64,000 bases of DNA from Tautonia rosea (lineage in GTDB: Bacteria > Planctomycetota > Planctomycetia > Isosphaerales > Isosphaeraceae), in contig NZ_JABBYO010000008.1 of the NCBI RefSeq assembly GCF_012958305.1, positions 1 to 64,000 of the forward strand. The letters run 5' to 3'. A program made the translations under genes and the position numbers. The notes beneath the pieces were generated by a model. It did not search any database. It was given only the letters and a program-made list of their open reading frames with translations, and was not told the DNA's origin. Numbering within the stretch: position 1 is the first letter of the stretch; every line of letters begins with the position of its first letter. Below, one piece after another: positions 55,878 through 64,000 of this stretch.

Positions 55878-56278
55878 CAAGGCCTCGCCCCTCGCTCATT
55901 GAGGCCGGCGCATTCCGTTCGTTGTTGTTGTCTGGCGTTCTCCATCCGCCCCGTGATCTTCCCTGGTCGCGTTCTTCCAGGGTCGACGGATCGGATCAGG
56001 TGCCTCTCTACAACGATCCCTGAACTGCCGCTGCCCCGTGTGTTTGCCAACGCCGACGGGTCGCGAGTGATCGCGCGCCATCCGACCGGGCGCGCCTCGC
56101 ATCACCGTTCCCTCACGCGACACTCGCCGCCGAGATCGCCGAGCGATTCACCCTTGAACCGAACCGGTTGAGGTGTTGATCGATCGGTGACCGGCCCGCG
56201 TCCCGTCTGCGGTCGGAGAGCGTCCATCACGTGCATTTCATGTTCGGAACCGAATTCGACTGATCTTTCCTGAGGAGT

Positions 56279-56971
56279 TTGAGACCCATGACGCGCCGAT
56301 CGAATCTGTTCGCCCTGGGTGCCTGGCTTGTTGCCATGGCCCTTGCGGCCGTACCCGCTTCTGCCGACACACCCGCCGCCGCGTGCGCCCTAAATCAAGG
56401 GGCAGCGAAGGCTTGCTGCGCCACCGATGTGAAGGTCACGCTTACCTCCACCACTGTCACTGAAGCCAAGGCTTGCTGCGCCGACGCCAAGGCTTGCTGC
56501 GCCGAGGCTAAGGCTGCCGAAGCCAAGACCTGCGACGCCTCATGCTGCAAGGATCAAGACGCCTGCAAGGCTTGCTGTGCCGACGCCTGCGCCTCCTGCT
56601 GCGACGCCGCAAAGAAGGCCGCTGAAGCCAAGGCTTGCTGCGCCGACGCCAAGGCTTGCTGTGCCGAGGCCAAGGCTTGCTGCGCCGACGCCAAGGCCTG
56701 CTGTGCCGAGGCTAAGGCTGCCGAAGCCAAGACCTGCGACGCCTCATGCTGCAAGGATCAAGACGCCTGCAAGGCTTGCTGTGCCGACGCCTGCGCCTCC
56801 TGCTGCGACGCCGCAAAGAAGGCCGCTGAAGCCAAGGCTTGCTGCGCCGACGCCAAGGCTTGCTGTGCCGAGGCCAAGGCTTGCTGCGCCGACGCCAAGG
56901 CTTGCTGTGCCGAGGCTAAGGCTTGCTGTGCCGACGCCAAGGCCTGCTGCGCTGCAACGAAGGCGTCGTGA
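56279..56971 (+). CDS. signal-peptide cysteine-rich heptad-repeat protein (about 60 Cys), candidate metal-binding/storage protein
   Basis: TAT-like signal MTRRSNLFALGAWLVAMALAAVPASA (T-R-R-x-x-L-F). The body is almost entirely KACCADAKACCAEA heptads plus TCDASCCKDQDACKACCADACASCCDAAKK blocks. Confidence 0.6.
   Translation: MRPMTRRSNLFALGAWLVAMALAAVPASADTPAAACALNQGAAKACCATDVKVTLTSTTVTEAKACCADAKACCAEAKAAEAKTCDASCCKDQDACKACCADACASCCDAAKKAAEAKACCADAKACCAEAKACCADAKACCAEAKAAEAKTCDASCCKDQDACKACCADACASCCDAAKKAAEAKACCADAKACCAEAKACCADAKACCAEAKACCADAKACCAATKAS
56440..56945 (+). repeat. intragenic tandem repeats: 21-nt (7-aa) units nested in a duplication of about 250 nt
   Basis: gccaaggcttgctgcgccgac / gccaaggcttgctgtgccgag units. 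The large segment aaggctgccgaagccaagacctgcgacgcctcatgctgcaaggatcaagacgcctgcaaggcttgctgtgccgacgcctgcgcctcctgctgcgacgccgcaaagaaggccgctgaagcc occurs twice. Confidence 0.85.
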
Positions 56972-57347
56972 GTTAGGTTGAGCCGTCTCGCTTGGGAGCG
57001 TGGTTCCCGGACGGTTGGATCAGTCTCACCGTGATCTTCCAATGCCCGGGTGATGGGAGCGCGGGTGGCCGAAGGCCAGGGAATGGGTCCAATCCGCAGT
57101 CAACTCGCAACGGAACTTCGAAACCACGCTGAGCCAGAGCAATTACACCACAACCGGCCCGCGATCCTGTTCCCCGGAGGAACGATCGCGGGCCATTCTT
57201 GTGAACGCAACGGTCGAGATCAGCAAAGACGTCCGCACCCTCACGCCGTCATGACACAGGCTCTGGGGAGCGAAAGTCCTGCCATGCAGATGCGGGCCAC
57301 GGGCTTTCTCATGTCATGGTGCAGACATGAGATCGCCCTCTTGGGCA

Positions 57348-57788
57348 TCAGGCACGCTCGCCCATCACGCTCACCGTCACGCGACGACGATGGGGATGGG
57401 TCCGATGCTCCCAGAGAAAGATTCCCTGCCAGGTCCCCAGGTCGCAGCGGCCTCGGGCGATCGGAACAGAGAGCGACGTCTGCGTCAGAATCGATCGGAC
57501 ATGAGCCGGCATGTCGTCCGGGCCTTCAAGCGTATGCCGAAAAATCGGATCGCCATCGGGCACCAGGCGGGCCGTGTAGCGCTCCAGGTCAGAGCGGACA
57601 CTCGGATCGGCGTTCTCGCAAATGATCAGCGAGGCGCTCGTATGATGCACAAACACCGTGCAGAGCCCCTGATCGATGCCAGACTCGGCCACAATTGCCT
57701 GGATCTGGTCGGTCAGTTCAACCGTGCCCCGCCCCCTCGTCACAACCTCGATCGAGTCCGAGTGAATCATGGCCGCCATCGCTTTCAA
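57348..57788 (-). CDS. yjbQ: YjbQ/UPF0047 family protein (secondary thiamine-phosphate synthase-like)
   Basis: 146 aa. GLCTVFVHHTSASLIICENADPSVRSDLE...GPDDMPAHVRS is the YjbQ family signature. Confidence 0.65.
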   Translation of the reverse strand: MKAMAAMIHSDSIEVVTRGRGTVELTDQIQAIVAESGIDQGLCTVFVHHTSASLIICENADPSVRSDLERYTARLVPDGDPIFRHTLEGPDDMPAHVRSILTQTSLSVPIARGRCDLGTWQGIFLWEHRTHPHRRRVTVSVMGERA

Positions 57789-57989
57789 TCCCTGCGCGAC
57801 GCCCTGAAACGCCGTCTGAGTTCAGCCCCGCTGCCGAATCGCCATCGGTCACGGAGCCGGCATCCAATACTGGACTGGCGTTTCAGGGAAGACTCCGAAT
57901 GAAGTTCCCATCCGGCGGCATGAACCAATGATCCACCGGACGCAGCGTTCTCAACGCGATTCCAGACGATCTGGAAGCGAGCGATCCGC

Positions 57990-58334
57990 TCAGGAATTCG
58001 GCTCTTCGAGACCGGGATCCGCCGGCTCGGTCTCGATCGGGGCCGGTTCATCGGCCGGAGGCTCAATCGTGGTCGGCTCGTCGGCAGGAACCGGCTCGTC
58101 GGCAGGAGCGGTCGACTCTCCGCCAGGGGTCGCGACCGCGTCGCCGGGCATACCGCGCATCAGGCCGGAGCGGTCCATTCCACCCATGTCGTCGCCGGGC
58201 ATTGCCGGAGCGGCGGGCTCAACGGGCGTCATTGCAGGATCATCGCCAGGGCCGGCATCGCAGCCGGTCACGAGCAAAGCGCCGCACAGGGCGAAACCGG
58301 TCATCCAGGCAAGTCGAGTCTTCAATGCGGACAT
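57990..58334 (-). CDS. Met-rich, Pro/Asp/Glu-rich lipoprotein
   Basis: Lipobox ALLVTGC. Met cluster PAMPGDDMGGMDRSGLMRGMPGD. Acidic Pro-rich tail. Confidence 0.4.
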   Translation of the reverse strand: MSALKTRLAWMTGFALCGALLVTGCDAGPGDDPAMTPVEPAAPAMPGDDMGGMDRSGLMRGMPGDAVATPGGESTAPADEPVPADEPTTIEPPADEPAPIETEPADPGLEEPNS

Positions 58335-58845
58335 CGTGTTGCAGCTCCTGGTTTGAATGCTCAACGAAGGATCGACCACCGCGAATCCCGGAACCAGCCG
58401 GGCCTTAGAGCGTTTTTTGATTGCCTGTGAAGGGTCAGGGAAATGGGGACTGGCTCCGAGTCTTCGAGGTGCCTGTCCCCCATTTCCCGGCGAGCCGCTC
58501 CGCTCAATCGATAACCACTCTAGGCGGTCGTAAGCGTCTCAAGTCGGGGAGACCGACTCCACACTCTTCTCTCTCCTGTACGCAAACGGCATCCCAATCT
58601 GTTGGTTTTCTCGAAGAGGTTCGAAACGGTTCTCGATCGTGCAAGGCCTCTTGATCAAACCCGTCGCCGGGTGCATCAGGTTGCCCAGACGACTCGCGGC
58701 CGTCAGAATGCAGACATCTCTACCGACCGACGAATCTGCCACCCCGATCCGTTCGATTCCTCAGCCGCCCTCGCCCTGCCCCGAACCGAACCGAACCGAA
58801 CCTCGGCGAGGCCGCCACAGGCAACCCCCGGGAGCTCATCGAGCA

Positions 58846-59571
58846 ATGGATTTTCAGAACGTCCGCATCACCTGGCTCGGCCACTCGACCTTTCTCATCA
58901 CCTCGCCCGAGGGCCAGACCCTGCTGGTTGACCCGTTTCTGGCCAACAACCCGAAATGCCCGAAAACGCTGCACGACGTCAGTTGCGACGCGATCGCCAT
59001 CACCCACGGCCACGCCGACCACCTGGCCGATGTGTTCTCGGCAGCCAAACGCTGCTCGGGCAAGATCGTCGGCATGTACGATCTGACCGGCTGGCTCGGC
59101 TCCAAAGGAATTGATCAATCAAAGCTGCTCGGCATGAACAAAGGGGGCTCCGTCTGCCTCGGCTCGCCGAACATTGCCCTGACGATGACCGACGCACGCC
59201 ACTCCTCCTCGTGGACCGAGCAGGACGGCACGATCGTCTACCTCGGCGAGGCGGCCGGCTACGTGGCCACCTTTTCCAACGGCTTCAAGCTCTACATCGC
59301 CGGCGACACGTGCCTCTTCGGCGATATGTCGTTGATCCGGGAACTTTACGCCCCCGACCTCGCCATCCTTCCCATCGGCGACCACTTCACCATGGACCCC
59401 CGCGCCGCCGCCTTCGCCTGCCGTTTGCTCGGCGTCAAGGCGGTGATCCCCTGCCACTACGGCACCTTCCCCCCCCTGATCGGCACCCCCGAGCAGTTGC
59501 GGGCCCAGATCGACCACCTCGGCCTTTCGACCGAAGTCTTTGCTCCCGAACCGGGCGAGACGGTGGGCTGA
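58846..59571 (+). CDS. UPF0173-type metal-dependent hydrolase (metallo-beta-lactamase fold)
   Basis: MBL motif ITHGHADH, plus WLGHSTFLI. Start set at the ATG at 58846. Confidence 0.7.
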   Translation: MDFQNVRITWLGHSTFLITSPEGQTLLVDPFLANNPKCPKTLHDVSCDAIAITHGHADHLADVFSAAKRCSGKIVGMYDLTGWLGSKGIDQSKLLGMNKGGSVCLGSPNIALTMTDARHSSSWTEQDGTIVYLGEAAGYVATFSNGFKLYIAGDTCLFGDMSLIRELYAPDLAILPIGDHFTMDPRAAAFACRLLGVKAVIPCHYGTFPPLIGTPEQLRAQIDHLGLSTEVFAPEPGETVG

Positions 59572-59583
59572 GAAGTATTCCGG

Positions 59584-60297
59584 TCAGCCTCGGAGGCGAT
59601 CGACGAACGCCGCGTGCTCAGGGCTGGCCAGGCCGGCTCCGAGCGCCGCAAGCACGGCGTTCAGGTCTCCCCGCAGCAACGCCGAGGGATCCAGCCAGAG
59701 GCCAGGGAAAACCGCGCTTCGGAGTCGGCCCTGCTCGTCGGCCGAGATCAGCTCGTAGCGGTCGTCCTGAAGGACTCGCCAGTCAATCGCACCGTCAAGC
59801 ACGCGCCAGGTGAGGTACTCCCGGACGTTGCTGCGACGATAAACATTGAGCTTGGCGTTCAGATCAAGGCTGACACTGCTGGAGGCGATCTCGACAACCA
59901 GTTCCGGAGCGCCTTCGATGTAATCGTCGTCCGAGATCCGGGCCTGGCCCCCTCGGGCGGGGTCGATCATCAAGAGGATATCGGGCTGGGGCTCGTTGTC
60001 GAGGTCAAGCCGGACGGTGGCGTTATCAGCGACGAAGACGCCCTGCGTCGCGGCTTCGTAAGTCCCTAGCCAGGTAACAAGGTGGGAGTGGGGGCGCCCA
60101 TGGTTTCGGAGACGGACGGGGGATCCCATGTAAACGACTCCCTCAATCAGTTCGGCCTTCTTCAGTTCGGGCATCGCATCGTAGCGGCGCTCGAACTCGG
60201 CGCGAGTGAGCCGGTCACCATTCTCGAGGGGAGGGAGTGGTCGGACCGATGCCCCGGTCTGGCGATGGCTGGCGGTTGTGCTCGATGCGGAGGCCAT
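59584..60297 (-). CDS. Uma2 family (DUF820) putative restriction-endonuclease-like protein
   Basis: PD-(D/E)xK-like core PELVVEIASSS...D...EY, typical of Uma2 proteins. Start set at the ATG at 60297. Confidence 0.55.
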   Translation of the reverse strand: MASASSTTASHRQTGASVRPLPPLENGDRLTRAEFERRYDAMPELKKAELIEGVVYMGSPVRLRNHGRPHSHLVTWLGTYEAATQGVFVADNATVRLDLDNEPQPDILLMIDPARGGQARISDDDYIEGAPELVVEIASSSVSLDLNAKLNVYRRSNVREYLTWRVLDGAIDWRVLQDDRYELISADEQGRLRSAVFPGLWLDPSALLRGDLNAVLAALGAGLASPEHAAFVDRLRG

Positions 60298-60427
60298 GAT
60301 CGCGGCTCCCCCGGACGGTCGTCCTTCGTGAACGCAGATTCTCCGGCGCAATTGTACCGGCCCGAGGGCGTCGGGGCGAAGACGCCTCCGGGCGGGCGAG
60401 AGACCTGCAACGGCCCGGCCCGATCCA

Positions 60428-62389
60428 TCAGCCGGCCGAGCGGCCTGAGGCGGCGGTCGATTCGTCGGCCTCGCCGGTGATGCCCAGATGCTGGACAAGG
60501 TCCAGGCAGGCCCGGACGATGCCATCGACGTCGAGGCCGACCTCGGCAAGCTGCTCGTCGCGCTCGGCGTGCATGACAAATCGATCGGGCAAGCCGAGCC
60601 GGCGGACGTGCGAGGTGTTCCGACCGGCCTCGTTGGCGGCTTCCAGCACCGCCGAGCCGAAGCCGCCCATCAGGCAGCCTTCCTCAACCGTGAGGACGAA
60701 GCCGCATTCATCCAGGGCCTTGAAAACGGTCGCCGTGTCGAGCGGCTTGGCAAAGCGGGCGTTGATGACGCCGATCCGAAGGCCGTGCTCGTTGCGAAGT
60801 CGTTCGGCCGCGCGGAGGCAGTCGGGGACCTGGGCACCGAGGGCGAGCAACATCCCATCGGTTTCCCATTCGAGGACCTCGGCCTGGCCCAGCTCGATCG
60901 GCTGCGGGTCGCGCTCGACTTCTTCGAGGTTGGCCTTCGGATAGCGGATTGAGACGGGGTGATCGTGTGCCAGGGCCCAGTCGATCATCGGGGCCACGTC
61001 TCGGGCATCGCCGGGGGCCATCACAACCATGTTCGGGAAAGGACGCATGTAGGCAAGATCATACGATCCGTGGTGCGTCGGGCCGTCCGAGCCGACCAGG
61101 CCCGCGCGGTCCATGCAGAAGACGACCGGCAAGTCCTGAAGGGCGACCTCCTGGAAGATATGGTCATATCCGCGCTGGAGGAAGGTGCTGTAAATGTCCA
61201 CCACCGGCCGGGCGCCGGCCTTGGCCATGCCGGCGGCGAAGGTGACGGCGTGCGCCTCGCAGATGCCGACGTCGAAGAAGCGGTCGGGGAACGTCTCGCG
61301 AATCTTCTGGAGCTTGTTCCCCTCGCACATGGCGGCGGTCAACACGGCAACCTTCGGATCACGGCCGAGGGCCGTGTAGAGCGCGTCGGCCACGGCGTTC
61401 GTGTACGCCTTGGTCGAGGAGGTTTTCAAGGGAATGATCCCCTCCTCGCAGCGCTGGAAGGGAGCGGGAGCGTGGAAGGAGACGGGGTCCTTCTCCGCCG
61501 GTTCGAACCCGCGGCCCTTGTCGGTCAACACGTGCAGGAGGATCGGCCCCTCCATCGCCTTGACCTTTTCCAGGTACGACTGAAGTGTCTTCAGATCGTG
61601 CCCATCGACGGGGCCAAGATAGGTAAAGCCCAGTTCCTCGAAGATCATGCCGCCGTGGAAGCTCGCTTTCACCGCGTCCTTGAACTGCTGGAGCATCCGA
61701 TCGGCCTGGTCGCCAACCAGCGGAATGCTGGGCAGGAGCTTGCGGACCAGCTTGTTGGCCCGGTTGTACTCAGGGGTCATGCGGGCCTTGTCGAGGTAGT
61801 AGGCAATGCCCCCCACTCGCGGACAAATCGACATCTTGTTATCATTCAAAATCACAAGATAACGCTTGCCGTGGCTGTGGCCTGCGGCGTTGTTCAGGGC
61901 CTCGTAGACGACTCCCGAGGGGAAAGCGCCGTCGCCGATCACCGCCACGCTGTAACGATCGGGGTGGCCGGTCACGATGTCGCCGGCGTGCAAGCCCAGG
62001 GCCGTCGACGGGGCGCAGCCGGCGTGGCCGGTCATGAACAGGTCGTAGGGGCTCTCACTCGGGTTGGGGTAGCCCATCAGGCCGCCTTTGGTCCGAATCG
62101 AGTGGATCTGATCGGCGCGTCCGGTGATGAGCTTGTGGGGGTAGATCTGATGGCCGGTGTCCCAGATGAGCCGGTCCCGGGTAAAGTCGAAGGCCAGGTG
62201 CAGGGCAAGGCACAGTTCGACAACACCGAGATTGCTGGCGAAGTGGGCCGAGCGGCGTCCGACGACGCCGATGAGCTCCTCGCGCATCTCGGAGGCCAGG
62301 CGCTCGAGGTCGTCCTCCGAGAGCCTGTGCAGGTCGGCCGGCGATTGGATGCGGGGGAGGATCGGACTCGGGGGGGTGCTCATCGTCAA
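60428..62389 (-). CDS. dxs: 1-deoxy-D-xylulose-5-phosphate synthase
   Basis: TPP-binding GHAGCAPSTALG and GDGAFPSGVVYEALNNAAG, plus transketolase pyrimidine-binding and C-terminal domains. 653 aa. Confidence 0.9.
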   Translation of the reverse strand: MTMSTPPSPILPRIQSPADLHRLSEDDLERLASEMREELIGVVGRRSAHFASNLGVVELCLALHLAFDFTRDRLIWDTGHQIYPHKLITGRADQIHSIRTKGGLMGYPNPSESPYDLFMTGHAGCAPSTALGLHAGDIVTGHPDRYSVAVIGDGAFPSGVVYEALNNAAGHSHGKRYLVILNDNKMSICPRVGGIAYYLDKARMTPEYNRANKLVRKLLPSIPLVGDQADRMLQQFKDAVKASFHGGMIFEELGFTYLGPVDGHDLKTLQSYLEKVKAMEGPILLHVLTDKGRGFEPAEKDPVSFHAPAPFQRCEEGIIPLKTSSTKAYTNAVADALYTALGRDPKVAVLTAAMCEGNKLQKIRETFPDRFFDVGICEAHAVTFAAGMAKAGARPVVDIYSTFLQRGYDHIFQEVALQDLPVVFCMDRAGLVGSDGPTHHGSYDLAYMRPFPNMVVMAPGDARDVAPMIDWALAHDHPVSIRYPKANLEEVERDPQPIELGQAEVLEWETDGMLLALGAQVPDCLRAAERLRNEHGLRIGVINARFAKPLDTATVFKALDECGFVLTVEEGCLMGGFGSAVLEAANEAGRNTSHVRRLGLPDRFVMHAERDEQLAEVGLDVDGIVRACLDLVQHLGITGEADESTAASGRSAG

Positions 62390-63300
62390 CGGTCCCTTTC
62401 CAGCAGGTCCAGGGCCAGGGCCCTCAGTCGGGTGCCGCGGTCGCCCAGCGGCTCCAGTGCCGCGACGGCGTCCTCGGCAACCTGGCGGGCTCGGCGGCGG
62501 CTGCCCTCAATGCCGAGCAGGCCGGGGTAAGTCCACTTACCCAGGCCAGAGTCTTTGCCGACACGTTTGCCCAGCTTGGCCTCGTCGCCTTGCACGTCGA
62601 GCAGATCGTCGATGATCTGGAAGGCCAGGCCGACCCCTCGACCGTAGCGGTCGAGCGCGAGCAACTCCTCCTCATCGGCTCCGATGGCAATGGCCCCCAT
62701 GCGAAGGCTCGCCCGGAGCAAGGCGCCGGTCTTGCGGCGGTGAATGGCTTCCAGCGCCTCGACGGTGGCATCAGAGCGCCCTTCGGCCTCCAGGTCGGCC
62801 ATCTGGCCACCCACCATGCCGCTCGGTCCGCAGGCTTCGGCCAGTTCCAGGCAGCAGCGGGCCGCGGCCTCGCCGGGCTGGATGTCTCGGGCGATGACCT
62901 CGAAGGCGAGCGCCTGCAGGGCGTCTCCGGCGAGGATCGCGGTGGCTTCGTCAAAGGCGCGATGGCAGGTCGGGCGGCCTCGGCGGAGGTCGTCGTCATC
63001 CATCGCGGGCAGGTCATCGTGGATCAAGGAATACGTATGCACCATCTCCAGGGCACAGGCCACGGGCATCGCCTGATCGGGTTCCCCCCCAACGGCCTCG
63101 GCGGCCATCAAGGCGAGAATGGGGCGCAACCGCTTGCCGCCTCCAAGCAGGCTGTACCGCATGGCCAGCAGGAGCCGAGAGGGGCATTCGGCGTCGGACA
63201 GACGGTCGTCGGGCAGGTAGCGGTCCAATGCCTCGTCCACTCGCCGCCGGGCATCCCCGAGGAACGCGGCGAGGTCAACGGCGGTGCTCGGGCTACTCAT
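62386..63300 (-). CDS. ispA: polyprenyl diphosphate synthase (farnesyl/geranylgeranyl diphosphate synthase)
   Basis: FARM LIHDDLPAMDDDDLRRG and SARM FQIIDDLLD. Start set at MSSPST (ATG at 63300). 4-bp overlap with dxs. Confidence 0.85.
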   Translation of the reverse strand: MSSPSTAVDLAAFLGDARRRVDEALDRYLPDDRLSDAECPSRLLLAMRYSLLGGGKRLRPILALMAAEAVGGEPDQAMPVACALEMVHTYSLIHDDLPAMDDDDLRRGRPTCHRAFDEATAILAGDALQALAFEVIARDIQPGEAAARCCLELAEACGPSGMVGGQMADLEAEGRSDATVEALEAIHRRKTGALLRASLRMGAIAIGADEEELLALDRYGRGVGLAFQIIDDLLDVQGDEAKLGKRVGKDSGLGKWTYPGLLGIEGSRRRARQVAEDAVAALEPLGDRGTRLRALALDLLERDR

Positions 63301-63710
63301 GGGCGGAAGGTTCTGAAGCGAGAGGGGAACGACCCGCCGGTCGACCGGCCCTTGGGTCTTGTGCCTGTTGCGAATCGACTTCCCATCGGGATCGCGCTTC
63401 GGCGGGCTTCCGGACATTGTTGGCATTCGTGCCTCGATTGTCCACCCGCCAGCGGCACCCGCCCCGGAGGAATCTTTCCCGACCGATCCCCCCCAGCCTT
63501 CCCAGAAGGCCGGAGCCTCGGCCCAACCGGCAAACTCGTCTTGGATTCGCGTCCTTGGGCCGGCACACCTCCGGATCAAGACCGCCGGGAAGGGCCGCAA
63601 TCCCCCACGAGTGAGTTGCTTGACCACCCCAAGAGCCGATCGCTACAGTCAGGCAAACGGGCGGCGGGATCGGTTCGACGCCGCGATCCGCAACGCTGCG
63701 AGGCCCCGAC

Positions 63711-64000
63711 GTGACCGATGCCCCCGCTCCTGCACCGCTCGACCCCGACTTCAAGCCCCGGACCGTCCACGTCCCATTGGGAGAGCGGTCGTACGACATC
63801 CGGATCGTCTCCGGCGCTCCCGAGGGTTTCGGCCCCTTCGCCCGATCGGCTCTGGAGGCGACCCGAGCCGGCCGAGGGTGCCGCGTTGCCCTGGTCATCA
63901 CCGACGCGAACGTCGAGCCGATCGCCGAGCCCTTCGCCCGGGCCTTGACGTCCGAGGGAATCGCCATCGAGACGGCCGTGATCCCTCCGGGAGAAGCGAG
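63711..64000 (+). CDS. aroB: 3-dehydroquinate synthase, N-terminal fragment (runs off the window)
   Basis: GTG at 63711: VTDAPAPAPLDPDFKPRTVHVPLGERSYDIRIVSGAPEGF...RVALVITDANV matches the AroB N-terminus (VxLGERSYxIxIGxG...). Not in the ORF track because it is incomplete. Confidence 0.55.
   Translation, partial: MTDAPAPAPLDPDFKPRTVHVPLGERSYDIRIVSGAPEGFGPFARSALEATRAGRGCRVALVITDANVEPIAEPFARALTSEGIAIETAVIPPGEA

Noticed and set aside
56440-56945. Highly regular DNA repeats that could be mistaken for a CRISPR array or satellite
   Set aside because: The repeats are in frame within a single ORF and have 21-nt and about 250-nt periodicity encoding KACCADA heptads. There are no spacer-like unique segments of constant length and no cas genes. 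It is a coding tandem repeat.
58783-58803. (GAACC)4 pentanucleotide microsatellite
   Set aside because: It is short, lies in the 5' leader of the MBL hydrolase gene, and has no evident function. I noted it only as a possible slippage site.

Overview
This window is high-GC (about 68-70%) bacterial chromosomal DNA. Gene content points to Planctomycetota: a DUF1559 prepilin-like protein with the [30 protein letters not shown]-terminus, long GC-rich shadow ORFs on both strands, and planctomycete-style flagellar genes. I found no rRNA, tRNA, CRISPR array or IS element.

Gene content, start to end:
- 1-9.7 kb, accessory-looking: an orphan SUKH/SMI1-KNR4 immunity-like protein, an HExxH membrane protein, a secreted neutral ceramidase, a STAS-like protein, a barnase/RNase Sa-family ribonuclease with no visible inhibitor, a GNAT, and an orphan MT-A70 (DPPW) DNA methyltransferase.
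- About 9.8-11.6 kb: leuA, preceded by a Leu-rich 28-codon leader ORF and a strong rho-independent hairpin that looks like an attenuator.
- About 13.2-19.3 kb, minus strand: flagellar block 1, flhA-flhF-flhG-fliA.
- About 19.9-22.3 kb, plus strand: an NfeD-flotillin pair.
- About 23.2-24.7 kb, minus strand: a DUF1559 protein and a small lipoprotein.
- About 25.1-30.9 kb, minus strand: flagellar block 2, fliF, a half-length fliG-like gene, fliO, fliP, fliQ, fliR and an flhB that stops before its C-terminal NPTH autocleavage domain.
- About 32.4-43.5 kb: the most system-like unexplained feature. Two ArnT/PMT-type GT39 glycosyltransferases flank an MBOAT (DltB-like), two tandem SGNH/DltD-like paralogues, a stand-alone adenylation enzyme (DltA/AlmE-like) and an LpxL-family acyltransferase (AlmG-like). 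There is no carrier-protein gene. I read this as a hybrid dlt/alm/arn-like envelope aminoacylation and glycosylation locus that is not described in this form.
- About 43.7-47.3 kb: a lycopene cyclase and a blh-type carotene oxygenase sit divergent from a xanthorhodopsin-like DTE proton-pumping rhodopsin. The shared promoter region holds an exact tandem 16-bp direct repeat.
- About 47.7-64 kb: xseAB; an N-succinylamino-acid racemase, M20 desuccinylase and GNAT operon (an irreversible D-to-L amino acid conversion pathway); a putative metal-handling patch (a TAT-type signal-peptide protein made of KACCADAKACCAEA heptad repeats with about 60 Cys, next to a Met-rich lipoprotein and a His/Cys-rich membrane protein); then yjbQ, an MBL hydrolase, a Uma2 endonuclease, dxs-ispA and the start of aroB.

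All functional calls rest on motif-level reading of the translated ORFs. None has been checked against a database.
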